From contig OY740814.1 in the NCBI GenBank assembly GCA_963514005.1, positions 6,014,001 through 6,078,000 of the forward strand: a stretch of DNA of 64,000 bases. The letters run 5' to 3'. The stretch comes from Raja brachyura (taxonomy: Eukaryota). A program made the position numbers and the translations under genes. The notes beneath the pieces are model-generated. The model made no database searches. It worked only from the letters and a program-made list of their open reading frames with translations, and was not told the origin of the DNA. Below are positions 26,095 through 38,600 of this stretch, in pieces; the first letter of the stretch is position 1, and the number at the start of each line of letters is the position of its first letter.

Positions 26095-27434
26095 TGGCAT
26101 TCCCAGAATCTTTTGGCGTTTTGCAAAGTCAACTGCATATGCAGTTACTTCCTATTGAAGAAGAACCCTGGCCCGAAACAACTCCTAATCCATTCCCTCC
26201 ACATTTGCCGCCTAGCCCGCTGAGTTCCTCCAGCACTCTGTTTTTTATTTAACTCTGAAATTGAAGAAAGACACAAAAACCTGTAACTCAGCGGGACAGG
26301 CAGCATCTCTGGATAGAAGGAATGGGTGTTGTTTTGGGTAAAGACCCTTCTTCAGACAATCACAAGTACTCTCACTGACGAGAGTTCAGTTCAGTCTGAA
26401 GAAGTGTCGTGACCAGAAACGTCACCCATTCCTTCTCTCCAGTCGCTGCCTGTCCCGCTGAGTTACTCCAGCATTTTGTGTCTATTCACATACTCTTTGT
26501 ATCTCTGTGGAATATAGGCTGGCTCTGTGGAATATAGGCCGGCTCATCAGGTTTTGGATTCAGATCCTAGTTACTCATTAAGTTTTTTCTTTGCGACATC
26601 CCTGTTTCCTTTGACAACCACTTAAAGTCTATGGTCTCCAGTTCTCAAGTCTAGTTTATTGATTTCATTGCACAGTATTTTTCTTTTCACTGTCTTGTAC
26701 GATTTATGTATAATTTATGTTTTTGTGCGTTGTCTATGTGTGCCTGCGATGCTGCTGCAAGCAAGTTTTTAATTGTTCCTGTATCTCAATACACTTGCGC
26801 ATCTGAAAATAAACTAATTTAAGAGGCAAGTCAAGGAAGGATACCATTTTAATGCAGTGAAATTGGATTAGTGTAGAGGGACAAAAGGGTCAGCATGGAC
26901 ATGATGGGCTGAAGGGAATTCTTCTATGTTGTACGGCTTTCTGACTAATCTGCAATGCAGTGGGACTTGAACCCATAACTTCTGACCAAGCTTGATAACA
27001 AGTTTACCGAGATGGCCATACCAATATAACGTTAATCACCCTAATGGAAGATTAACCCACACAGCAGGTATATTCCTCAGGGTAGCAGCCTATATCAGAG
27101 TCTGAATTAAGCTGCTTCTGAATCATTTCCTTGCACAATTAAAGTCTGAAATAAATGAGATGCTTAGACATTATGCACTGATGTCTAGTTGATTGGATAA
27201 TAAAATTATTAACAGTGGGAATTGCTTTGGTGATTTTCTTACAGTGGCAGTAATACCACAGACAGTCTCTATCAAAGTTACACCAAATGATTGGAGAAAT
27301 CTAGAAGAAATGCACCCCCAAATTACTGGGATTTTTTCATGCAGTTGTATAATGTTCAGAAACACCAAAACAAATGTTCAAAACTCTTCAGTAAAGCATT
27401 AGCAAAGCAATAAACACCACTGCAAGGATTTTAC

Positions 27435-27490
27435 CTTTCTACTGGGATGTGTTAATAATGCATCAGAGTCCATCATTTGTGCAATAAAAG
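27435..27490 (-). CDS. FAM227B: FAM227B small coding exon (TFIAQMMDSDALLTHPSRK)
   Basis: ttgtttcag acceptor and AAG|gtaaaa donor; 56 nt, phase 1 to 0, which restores the frame between neighbouring exons. Confidence 0.7.
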
Positions 27491-29419
27491 CTGAAACAAA
27501 TAATATGATTTTAATACTCATGCCAAAATAAATAAACTTTTACAAACTGCAAATCATATAGATAAAATTTAAATAGGGACATTTTACATATGATTTATGA
27601 TCACATTTCTGGGACATTCAAACGTATTTCCCACCTAATTAATTACTGCGACCAATTTAAGTATCCTCGGCCCTAACAAAGAATAATTAAGATGACTGTC
27701 CAATTTAACCATTTTCCTTCCCTAGTGAAACAAGACAAATTTATCTAGGACACCAGAACTTCCAGCACTTGCTTGAATAATAGCATGAAATAATTCACAT
27801 CCAGCTGGAGAAGAGTAGTCGAAAGTCTTAACCGATGATGACATATTTGGTATGGCAAAATTCTTAAGTGTTGCACTGAAGGGTTGGTTCAGATCATGTG
27901 CTTAATTTCTGGGTTTGATTTGAAACTATAAACTCCGAGCTAAGTGTGCCAACAACTCTGCCAGATGGATCTTTAAGAATAGTTGCACATTCCTAATAAG
28001 GGCACATTCTGGAAGAAAACATGGATACATTTTATAACCATAATAACAACGTACCACTACTTTTTCAACTCACTTCAATTTTGAGCAAAGCTTCTTGTCA
28101 AACGGCAAAGTCATTCCAGAAAATATATTCATTTTTTTATAACACATACTGGCTCACATGTTTGGTTCCTCTAATCCATTTCCAAACAGCCCAAGCTGGT
28201 TATAATTCTCACGCTTGACATTGAGTACAGTTACTGAAAAAGCAACTGAAGTTTACACATAATGAGATATTGTATTACCTCGGAACCTTTTTAAAATAAT
28301 TCCAATTCCCAAATCTGCCTAAACTCGCTGGGATACAAACCCAAAATGACAGCCTTCATCGCAGAAAGCAAAATATTGGCCTGCGATGGTTAAAATTATC
28401 ATCTTGAGCAACCCCATCAGTAAGAATGGAAAATTGTAGCATTTTTCTTCAATTGCTGCAAACATATGTATCGGTACTTTCTAATGGCTAAAATTACTAT
28501 AACAAAGGAGGGCACACACCTCTCATCCTACCCAGTTATTCCATGCACAACTCTTTCTCCAAATATGCTCTCACAACCCAACAAATATTTCTTGCTTAAG
28601 AAGGAACTGCAGATGCTGGAAAATCGAAGAAGGGTTTCGACCCGAAACGTTGCCTATTTCCTTTGCTCCATAGATGCTGCCTCACCCGCTGAGTTTCTCC
28701 AGCATTTTTGTCTACCAAATATTTCTTGCTGTTGATTTATTCACTAATTTAGACCATGTGTATGGGGGCACTGTGGCAATCTAGGGATTGGAGCTGCCTC
28801 ACGATTTTGGTGTGTTATTTCACACCTTCCATGTAATCTTTGGATTCCATCCAGATATTCCAGTTGCCTCTCAAATCCCAAAGATGTACTGATAATTGGT
28901 TGGTCGATCAAGAGCTCCAATTACTCCAGATTTCTATTGTATTCCTGGTTGGAATAGCTTGGGGCATTAATGGATATGTGTGAAAAAGGAAAAAGTTGCA
29001 AGGAAATAAATGGGGAAATAGGATTGCTCCAAGAACCAGCATTGTTGGTGGACTAAACAGCTCACTTCTATATCGTAAGTACTTATGCCTGATCTCCCAT
29101 AACTAGTGGCAACCATTCCCTCAAGCATCAATTAGATATGTTAGAATTTAACACAGATGGACAGATTTTGTTTAATACTATTTTCTGTAAAAGGTTTTGA
29201 TTCTTTCAGCCTGCAGCAATGTAGAAATTTCTACATTAGTTGCGTCAGATGGGAGCCAGGATTTCACGGGTGACATGGGAACTGGTCAACTACATGGAAC
29301 TGCCTAGTTGTCGGAAGCAAAAGCTGTTCTTCCATTCATAATGTTACCGCTGGAATTCTTAAAAGACCCATCATTGCCCCCCACCTCAACACCATACTTG
29401 CTGTTTTGGAGTAGTTACA

Positions 29420-30260
29420 ACATATCCAAAAACCACCGCTGTAACTTTGCTTGCTTCAACTCCACCTCATCTGCTGCCAAAACTTTCAAGGGTGTCTTGT
29501 CACTTCCAAATGTTTGTACCAAAGCTTTTCTGGTCATCCTCTCATTTCCATAAGGATCTGCATATCCAAATCTCTGCTGTTTGTATTCCAATTCTTCACC
29601 AAACACTGTTCATACTTTGCATCCTTGGCAATCTAAATTGATTTCTTATTCCTGCGCCCCAAGTAAAATATTATATTTTCATTCTATTGCTTAAATCATT
29701 TACGGCCTAACTGCCTTCCTTTTTATCAACTGTGCACAATGATGGAATTTCTCTACCACCCCTCAACTCTGAAGAAGGATCCCAACCCGAAATGTCACCT
29801 GTCCATTTGCTCCACAGAAGTTGCCTATCCCTCTGAGTTCCTTTATCACTTTATGTTTTGCTTCCAAGATTACAACATCTGCAGTTCCTGGTGCCATAAT
29901 TCAACCTACCCTGTTGTCTTTAACCTAAGTTGACCTGTAGTTTCCCCCCACTAAGCGCTGTCAAATCAACAGCCAACGTCTGCCTCAGGCTGTTCTTCTG
30001 ACCCATGTTCTTATAAATATTCTGCTTTGCTCCACTATTGGCGGAGGAGCCTTCAGCAACCTAGGTCCTATTCACAGGCATACCTCCCGAAAGCCTACAA
30101 TTGTTCCTCCACACTTTCCTCTTAAAACTCATGTCCAAGACAAATGTTCTCTTTTCAGTTTCTCTCCCCTGACTTTTTTTGGCTCTATTTATCTTTTCCC
30201 CTTCTCGTGTTTCTGTGAATCACGTTGGAATATTTTCTATTTCTTAAAAATATACAATAT
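29420..30260 (+). mobile_element. Highly decayed L2-type LINE 3' remnant
   Basis: Relics of SAAxTL..., IQxSA and GGxAFS...GP, with an L2-like tail; no open frame. Confidence 0.5.
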
Positions 30261-30314
30261 AAATCGACTGTATTTGTTGGAAATGCACTAATATAAAAGT
30301 CACAAGCTAATTAC

Positions 30315-30567
30315 TCTCTGATGGCAGATAGAAAAGGTGTTCTTTGTTCTTGTATTTCCTGGGCTCATCTGGCAGGATTTTTGAAGAATATTTTTCTAAG
30401 CGTGATTTAAACTCATCGATTTTTTGCCCCATGTCTGTGAGAAACTCCACCCGAAAAGGTGCATTTTCATAAATATATTGTGACACTGATTCATATGAAA
30501 CTAATACTTCAGGCTGAATTTTCATATTAAACTCATCTTCATCTGGCAGCATCTCTGGCCAATCAGT
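30315..30567 (-). CDS. FAM227B: FAM227B coding exon (TDWPEMLPDEDEF...LFYLPSE)
   Basis: Pyrimidine tract plus ttgcag acceptor and gtaatt donor; 253 nt, phase 0 to 1; lies within ORF 30307..30588. Confidence 0.85.
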
Positions 30568-30714
30568 CTGCAATATAAAAAAAGTCAAACCAGTTTACAT
30601 ATTTTCAAATGCATACCTTCATTATTTTTGTACAAAGGCTTATGTTGAATTATAAATTAACACGATTGATTTTTGGCAGAATTTGCATGAAAATATTGTC
30701 TCCAATGTTTAAAT

Positions 30715-32027
30715 CAGGCACGTGCCATCAGGGTAGGCAAGGTAGGCACTGCCTACCCTGAGTAAAATTATAAAATAGTAATAACTAAATATAAATAATA
30801 AAGGCATGGGAGAATTATGCCTATGTAAGAGATCGATCTCTTAGGTAGGCATAATTCTCCTTGCCTTTCATCCGCAACGCTTGTAACACGGGAAGGTCTG
30901 TGCAGCCCACGTGCCGTCAGCGCTGCCTGAAGCCGTCAGTTTCAAGCGGGGCTGAAGGCAACAGAAATTCTGCATTTGCTGCACTGCGCATGCGCATCAG
31001 TCTACTGCGCATGCGCAGTCAAGTTTCTTGGCGGGGTTTTCAAATATGGATTGTCAATATTTTAAGTGTATGTTAGGTAACAAAGAGAGAAGAATGGAGT
31101 TTGTGTACCAATAATGTGATAAGTACATTTTGTGTTTATGTTTTTAAATACCGTATTTCCCGGGGTGTGGGGGTGGGGGGAGAGCTCCTTTCACAGCGTT
31201 TGGGGAGTCTGGCCCGGGGTAAAGTTGCAGGGAGGGCACGAATGTTGTGAATGAGGGGATTGGGATAATGCCACTTGCGACGTTCCTTGCACAGGGGCAT
31301 GCAATGACAAGGCATTGAGGCCGGGGGGTGGGGGGGTGGGGGGAGAGAGAGAGAGAAGTAGCTCGGGTGGCTGAGCGGCCGCTGGGCCGGATAGCGGAAC
31401 CAGCCGCCACCTTAGCTCCTTCTGCCGGTCCCCGCTCACCTCTGGCAGCTCTCCGTCTAAAAACCTCTCTCCTGCCGCTCGCTGGCCTCACTAATATCCT
31501 TAAATTCCGACAGCGCAATTGAGGTTACTCGGCTGTGGGAATTTAAGGATTTGCAGGAAGCCGCTGACATGAGCGAAGTCGGCGAATGGCAGGTAACAGG
31601 TGTTCCGACGGAGAGCACTGCCAAAGGTGAGCGGGCCGGCAGAAGGCGCTGAAGTGGTGGCCAGTTCTGCTGTCGGGTCCCGGTGGCAGCTCCCCGAGCT
31701 GCTTCTATCCCCAGCTATAGTGCGTGGCTTCGCGTCCGGAGAGCTGCGGTAGCAGTGAGTGGCAGTATCTCCAACACCCTCCTTCTCAGCACTCGTGCCC
31801 TCCCCACAACTTTACCCCTGGCACAGAATCTCTACACACTGTGAAAGGAACTGTTCCCCCAATTGGTCTAGGACTAGGAAGCCTAGGAAGGGCAAATTGA
31901 AATGTCACTGTTTTTTAAATTTATTTATTTATTTATCGGAGATAACAATCTGCGCATGCGCGGTTTAATTTTTTTTTTAACGTGGACTGAGTGCCTACCC
32001 TGAGTAATTACTCACGGCACGTGCCTG
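30715..32027. mobile_element. Non-autonomous hAT DNA transposon (1.3 kb)
   Basis: TIR CAGGCACGTGCC...GGCACGTGCCTG; perfect 8-bp TSD GTTTAAAT; no transposase ORF. Confidence 0.9.
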
Positions 32028-33431
32028 GTTTAAATGATTTATAATAATTATAATTTTTATGTTTTTTTTCTGGTGACACAATATTAATTACGTGATCTTT
32101 CCAAATGTCTAAGCTATTTTTGGCACCCTCAGTCTTAATCTTTTTCTTAGTCAATCCCTCCATATCGAGAATGACTTAACCACTAAATTGGAACATTTCA
32201 CAGAGTGGAAACAGGATGCACAAAACAAACTTCAGTAAATCAAGATGCAGTTCTGAGGATCCAAGGCCAATCCAAGTCACGACGATTATGATTTATAAAC
32301 ATTATTGGACACATTCATAACACAGCCTCCAACCATCTGGTCCAAGGGCAACACCATAGCATCTCACTAGTTTTGCTATGATGCAATGAATTTATGGCCC
32401 CTTGCTTTATGGCTACATAATATGTTCCAGATAACAAAAATCCTTAAGAGCAGTGTACCGTAGGAAAGGTGAACTTACACTGAACTTATCGCACCTGTGT
32501 ATATTATTTCACTGCAATTGCCTGCTATGTATTCCATATTTGAAACATATTCTGTTTAAAGAAAACGTGACCACATAAATGAGAATCTGCAGCAAAGAAA
32601 AGGATACTGCTACTTCTCTGGAAATGTTAGAAGGAACTTGGCTATCATCCTTAATTATGCATTTACTTCGAGCCTGGTATGTACGATCCAATTGCAGTAT
32701 GGACAAGGACATGGGAGATACATTTCATCTACAACATTATACTATCTCCTTTCAAAATGCGCTAATTGAAGCTTCATTCTCAATTTATTTTTCAAGTTCC
32801 TTCATTGAAGGAAATTGAAAAATAAAAGGCACACTGAATTTAAGCATTTAGACATTATTGGAATATATAAACCATGCTTTGTGCTTATATTAATTACTAA
32901 ATATCCATTCTTTAACACCACTATGATCTAATAATAGCTGCTTTTAAGCAAATGGTGAGCTAGGTATCAGATAAAAGTCCATAGAAAGGTATATTACCTA
33001 GATCATGTATTTCTACTAAACCAAATGATAAGTGTCATAAATGAACAAAACTGATTAATTAAGTCCACAATGTGTATTTAAAAGGTAAAATGAATCTGAT
33101 CATGGCTGAAGATAGACACAAAAAGCTGGGGTAACTCAGCGGGACAGGCAGCATCTCTGGAGAGAAGGAATGGGTGACGTATCGGATCGAGACCCTTCTT
33201 CAATCATGGCTGAGGCAGAAGACAGATAAGCTTCTAGGATCAAGGATTGGTTTTGCTGCAAATGGCAATTGAGCATCTGAATAAAATATTAGAAACTACA
33301 GGAAGGTAACAGGAAGATGTTTGGAATGGGTAACTATGAGGCGCAACAGCAATTCAAGTCTAATGGATTCAACTTGACTTATTCTATGTTTACATTTATC
33401 AGACCTGAAGAAGTCGTGTAAAGCCACTTAC

Positions 33432-33482
33432 CACATTTTGAAATTTCAAAAATTCTCCAAATGTTGTGGGCATATTTTCCAT
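33432..33482 (-). CDS. FAM227B: FAM227B first traced coding exon (MENMPTTFGEFLKFQNV); full exon 33432-33485
   Basis: tacag acceptor and GTAAGT donor flank a 54-nt exon. The peptide resembles human KMQEPPKSIEEFLKFQNW as I recall it. An upstream coding exon cannot be excluded. Confidence 0.85.
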
Positions 33483-34904
33483 TTTCTGTAAATATTTACA
33501 ATAAGGAGCTGTTAAAAGCAGGAAAATATTTAATGTTATAGTAAATAAGAATGACTTATCTTCTAAATAAATTATACATTAAAATGAATTCAATTTAAAG
33601 TGTTTTTTTTTCAATATTTCAGTGCAATATATAGGGAAAATAAATTAAAATTCAAGATAGCATTTACAGCATGAGACATTCCTTAACCATAAATTATACA
33701 GATTTAGATAAGGGAGTGTAACTTTTTAACATTTGAAACTGTATATGCATCAGGTATTACAGTGTATTAGCATAGTCATTAAAATTCCAATATCACCTCA
33801 TCATAGATAGTATGTGCTGAATTATAAGAATGTAAGAAATAGAACGAAGAATAGGCTGATCAGCCCCTTCATACCCGCTCTGCTTCTCTTGGGCATGACT
33901 GATCTTTTACTTCTGTCTGACTTTACTGTAAATCAACACAATATTCTTTGATCTCCTTAACATCCAAAGCCTCACAGCACCAGAATGAGGCTTCAACCCT
34001 GACTACAGGTTATGTCTGCACAGAGTTTGTATGTTCTCCCCGTGACCACATGGATTTCATCTGGGTGCTCTGGTTTCCTCCCACACTCCAAAGACGTACA
34101 GGTTTGTAGGTTAATTGGCCCTCTGTAAGATTGTCCCTTGTATGTAGGGGATGGATGTGAAAGTGAAATAACATAAAAGTGGTGTGAACGGGTGATAGAT
34201 GGTCAGCGTGGACTCAGTCGAGAAAGAGTGTGTTTTATTGTCACATGTCCTGAAATGAAACAATGAAATTCTTACTTGCAGCAACACTACAGAAATGTAA
34301 ACATATTACTTTGTAAAACCCATAATAAACAACAAAAAATGTCAGTATATATACAAAACAAACAGATAAATAAATAGACAATTGTAGTGCAAAGTCAAAC
34401 ATAACGTCTCTAAGTTTATATAGTTCGAAGCACATTTGGAGATTGGGCCGAAGGGATGTTTTGATCCTTTATCTCTAAAGTAAACAAAATACATTAAGTT
34501 TTAGATTCCAGGGTTCAAGCATTCCAGTCCATTCCCTCCGCAGATGCTGCCTCACCTGCTGTGCTGAGTAACTCCAGCACTTTGTGTATTTTTGTATAGA
34601 GCTTTTTATTGCAAGGCTCATACATTATTTCACGCCGAACAACTGTGCCGTGGACCATAACCCGCCCAGTAGGCCTAGCTCGCCCCCCAGACTGCGGAAA
34701 AGCCAGTCGCCGAAGCCTGCCAGATGGAGCCTCGCCGGCAGTGGTGAGCCTCAGTAGTGGAGGCCTTGGCACCGGTGAGGCCTCAGCAGCAGTGAAGTGG
34801 CAGCAGCCATGGGGCCTCGGCGACGATGGGGCCTCAGCAGTGGTGAAGCCTCGGGTATACAAGCAAATAATTTCACTGTGCCTTGTCACATGTGACAATA
34901 AAGT

Positions 34905-35621
34905 GTTCTATTCCATACTATACTATAATAGACCACACTACACTATTACATACACTACACTATTATATACTATACTATTATATATTATGTTATACTATAA
35001 TATACTAAATATCATTATACACTACACTAGCCTACACTATTATACACTATTATACACTCTACTATACACTATAATAAACTACACTGTACTATTATATACT
35101 ATACTATTATATACTATGCTATACTATTATACACTGTGATATACTATATATTTTGCGAGTATATACTATACTATATTATTATATGCTATGCCGTACCATT
35201 ATATATGGTGCTATACTATTATATATTATGCTATTATGTACTATAGTATACTAGTATATACTATGCCATACTACTGTGACATACTATTATATACGGTGCT
35301 ATACTATTATATATTGTGCTATACTCTCAAGCCTTTCGTGACGTCCTCAGAGGGAGGGCTATATGTATGTGTTTATGTGTGTCCTTAATCTATGAACCAC
35401 TGTTGTATAATGTTAGTACCTCCACCAATGTAAAGCACTTTGGTCAATGAGAGTTGTTTTTTAAATGTGCTATAGAATTATATAACTACAATTATATACT
35501 GTACTATACAACTGTACTATACTATTATATACTGTGCTATACTATTATGCACTGTGATATACTGATATATTATACTATTATATATGATACTATACTATTA
35601 TATACGGTGCTATACTATTAT
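34905..35621. repeat. AT-rich cryptic minisatellite (TATACTA / TATACTGTGC-type units), left part, interrupted by an L2-like 3' tail at ~35330-35475
   Basis: Visible low-complexity tandem units. Confidence 0.85.
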
Positions 35622-38600
35622 TAGGTATGTTACAAAACTTACCTTTAGCGGTGCTGCAGTTCTGCTGCTGGCCGTGTGCGCGACTTTGGCGCCTTTAACG
35701 GGGGGGGGGGGGGGGGGGGTTTCCCCTTGCCATCCGGAGCTTTCTGTTGTCGGAGTGCGGTCTATTTCTGGAGATTCGTTCCGACTGCCGGTAAGTTAAT
35801 TTTTTTTTAAAATAGCCCGACTATTTCAGCACTGGAGTAAAATAAAAATTAGCTCCTAATGTCGTGAACGCCGACAACGGGGACTGATTTTACGTAGGGG
35901 ACAAGTAAGTGAAAACTGTTTATTTTTACATATAAACTTGCTTTTTTAGATGACCTTAATCAACATTTCATGTTGCGAAACGGTGATTTAGTCCCCATAC
36001 GAACCGGCAGAATTTTTCCTGCCGATATTGGGTTTAAATTCACTGCAACCGCAATGTTCTAATCCATCGCATTCCAGAAAATCCCACTCGCAAGCTGTTT
36101 AAAATGCCCATTAATTTATGGGCACTAAACACTGAATTCCTTCAATTTGGCCTATAAATTTTACTTCGGAGTCACGTGAGTGACTACGTGAAGACCCCGC
36201 CAGCACGCATGCGCGACATATCGTCGTTCGCATGCGGAAGCGACAGTCGGGAGGAGCGGGGCTCCTCCAGCGTAAGTTTCAAAACTTACGAACGGTAAGA
36301 CTCACCGGAGTGGTGAGCGCGGCGAGAGCAGCGGCAAGAGCTGCTGCTATAGAGAGCAACCAGCAGCGTGCCGTTTTCTCCTGAGCTGCAGGTAGCACTG
36401 TTCTTCCCGCCTTCCCGCCTCCCGACTTCCCGCCCGGGAGGGCCGCTGGTTCGCCACGGACAGGCGATAAATCCACCCGGAAGCCGGTCGGGACTGCCGA
36501 CTCAGCTGGGTCCAGTCCCGAGGACACCCCGTTCGCTGTTAGCGACGGAGGTCGTCTTACCCGCATGGAGCGGATGGTGGAGCAATTGCTCCAGCGTGAC
36601 CTGCTTTTGCAGGGGCAGGGTCACGGTGGGCCTCTTCGCAGGCCCACGGCAGGATCCTATTATGGACTGCCTAATGTCTCACCCTCTTCGCAGGGGAGCA
36701 TTGGGGGTCAGAACTGGGCTGACCCTGAAGAGGGGGAGTTGGCTGAACAACCAACAGTGTCAGGGGTGCAAGAAGAGTTACTGGATATGGTAAGCAAACA
36801 TGCAGTTCCTTCTCAAAAAGGTTATCTATCCACCCTAAGCTGGCAGCTAGTTCAATTATATGACTACAAACCAGCTTCAGGAGCAAGCCATCAATGCTAC
36901 AGCTGATAAGTATCTTGCTCCTGAAAATTGTAACTCGCTGATTGTTCCCGCGGTGAATAACCCTATTTGGGGGAACATGAGCCCTACGATTAGAGGGCAA
37001 GGAGTCAAACTTCAGAGGATCCTGAAGCTTTTGACCGCCGGAATTACGGCAGTGGCCAGTACTGCGGTGGGTATAGAGCTACCGGTAGAAACAGGATGCT
37101 CTGGCCTTACTGTGTAACACAGTTTGAGATAATAACTACAGGAAGAGCATTATCAAACCGGCACTCAACCCCAAAATTGCGCCACCAAATCTGCTGTGCG
37201 GAGATAACCTCCCCAAACAGGTGAAAGACCTGGACAAAGAGGCCAAGGCCATAGGCCTGATAAAGGTACCCAGTACCTCCAAACCGCACTACCAACAGCA
37301 ACAGCACCCCTACACACCCACCGGACAGCGATATCACAACAGATCGTCCGGTGGTGAAAGCTCGAAGGCCGGCCCACCTGCACAACAGCCTTTTTTAGGC
37401 CATGGCCCAGCCCGGCCTTCTTGGAAAATGCGCCACCCCTACAACGCAGCAACTCAACAGAGAAATAACGGTGGTATTGGACCGCAACACCGGCAATACC
37501 TTGGAGGTAGGTGGGTCTGCCTCCCCCAGGAACATCATATGTCTAAATTCATCTTATGGGGGAGGCCAGTTGCACTTGTTTTATGAAGTATGGCGCACTT
37601 TTACCTCTGATCCTTACATACTCGGAAGTATTCAGGGCTATAAAATTGAATTCATTTACGAACTCCCTACCCCGGTCCAGCATTCGCCTAGCCGAAAGTT
37701 TATACTTTCACAAAAAGAAAGAACGGCGGGCCATGCTGAACTATTAAGACTAATTAGCAAAGGGGTAATTGAGAGAACCACCAGAGAATCACAGGAGTTC
37801 GTATCTAATATATTTACCAAAAATAAAAAGATGGCGGATGCCGCATAATCATAGACCTGACCGAACTGAATACTTCTGTTCAGTATGTTCATTTCAAAAT
37901 GGACACTTTCGACACAGCCAGACAGCTAATAGCTAATGGGTACTACATGGCATGCATTGACCTCAAAGATGCATACTATTCAGTACCTATACACAAGGAT
38001 CATAGGAAATACCTTAAATTTATCTGGATGGGACAATTATGGCAATATAAAGCCTTACCCAATGGGTTATCATCAGCACCCAGGCTGTTCACCAAATTAT
38101 TGAAACCAGCTTTGGCCTATTTAAGGAAACAAAATCATACTGTTATGGCCTATCTTGATGATATCCTCATTGTCGGGGAGAATTTGGAAACGGCTACATT
38201 GGCAGTTCTAGCCACAAAACATCTCTTTCAAAAGCTGCGGTTCATCATACATCCAGATAAATCAAGTTAGAACCCTCTACTACCATGGGTTACTTGGGGT
38301 TCACCATTGACTCGGTGCAAATGTCTACCACCTTACCACCGAACAAGGTGGTGGACTTGATAGAAGCTTGCAGAAGCCTTTCTGGCATCAGGGTCCATCC
38401 ATACGGCAGGTGGCCATGGTAATTGGGAAGATAGTGGCTGCTTTTCCCGCAGCGCAATTCGGACCACTACATTATCAAAACCTACAAAGAGCTAAAATTA
38501 TAGCTCTCAAAAGTCATGCCATTTCGACAGGTCTATGAAGTTATCAGAAAAGGCAAGAGTTGAATTAAATTGGTGGATGGAATGCTCAATTCTGTTCCAA

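Noticed and set aside
28279-28318. AG...GTAATA-bounded 40-nt segment as a FAM227B exon
   Set aside because: Including it shifts the frame and creates a stop in the next exon.
29415-29606. 63-aa minus-strand ORF as an extra FAM227B exon
   Set aside because: It lacks good splice sites, is antisense to a decayed L2 remnant, and the flanking exons already join in frame.
34609-35799. Tyr/Ile/Leu-rich ORFs (also 41314-41590) as proteins, or the array as CRISPR
   Set aside because: These are translations of an AT-rich minisatellite; there is no constant repeat with unique spacers and no cas genes.
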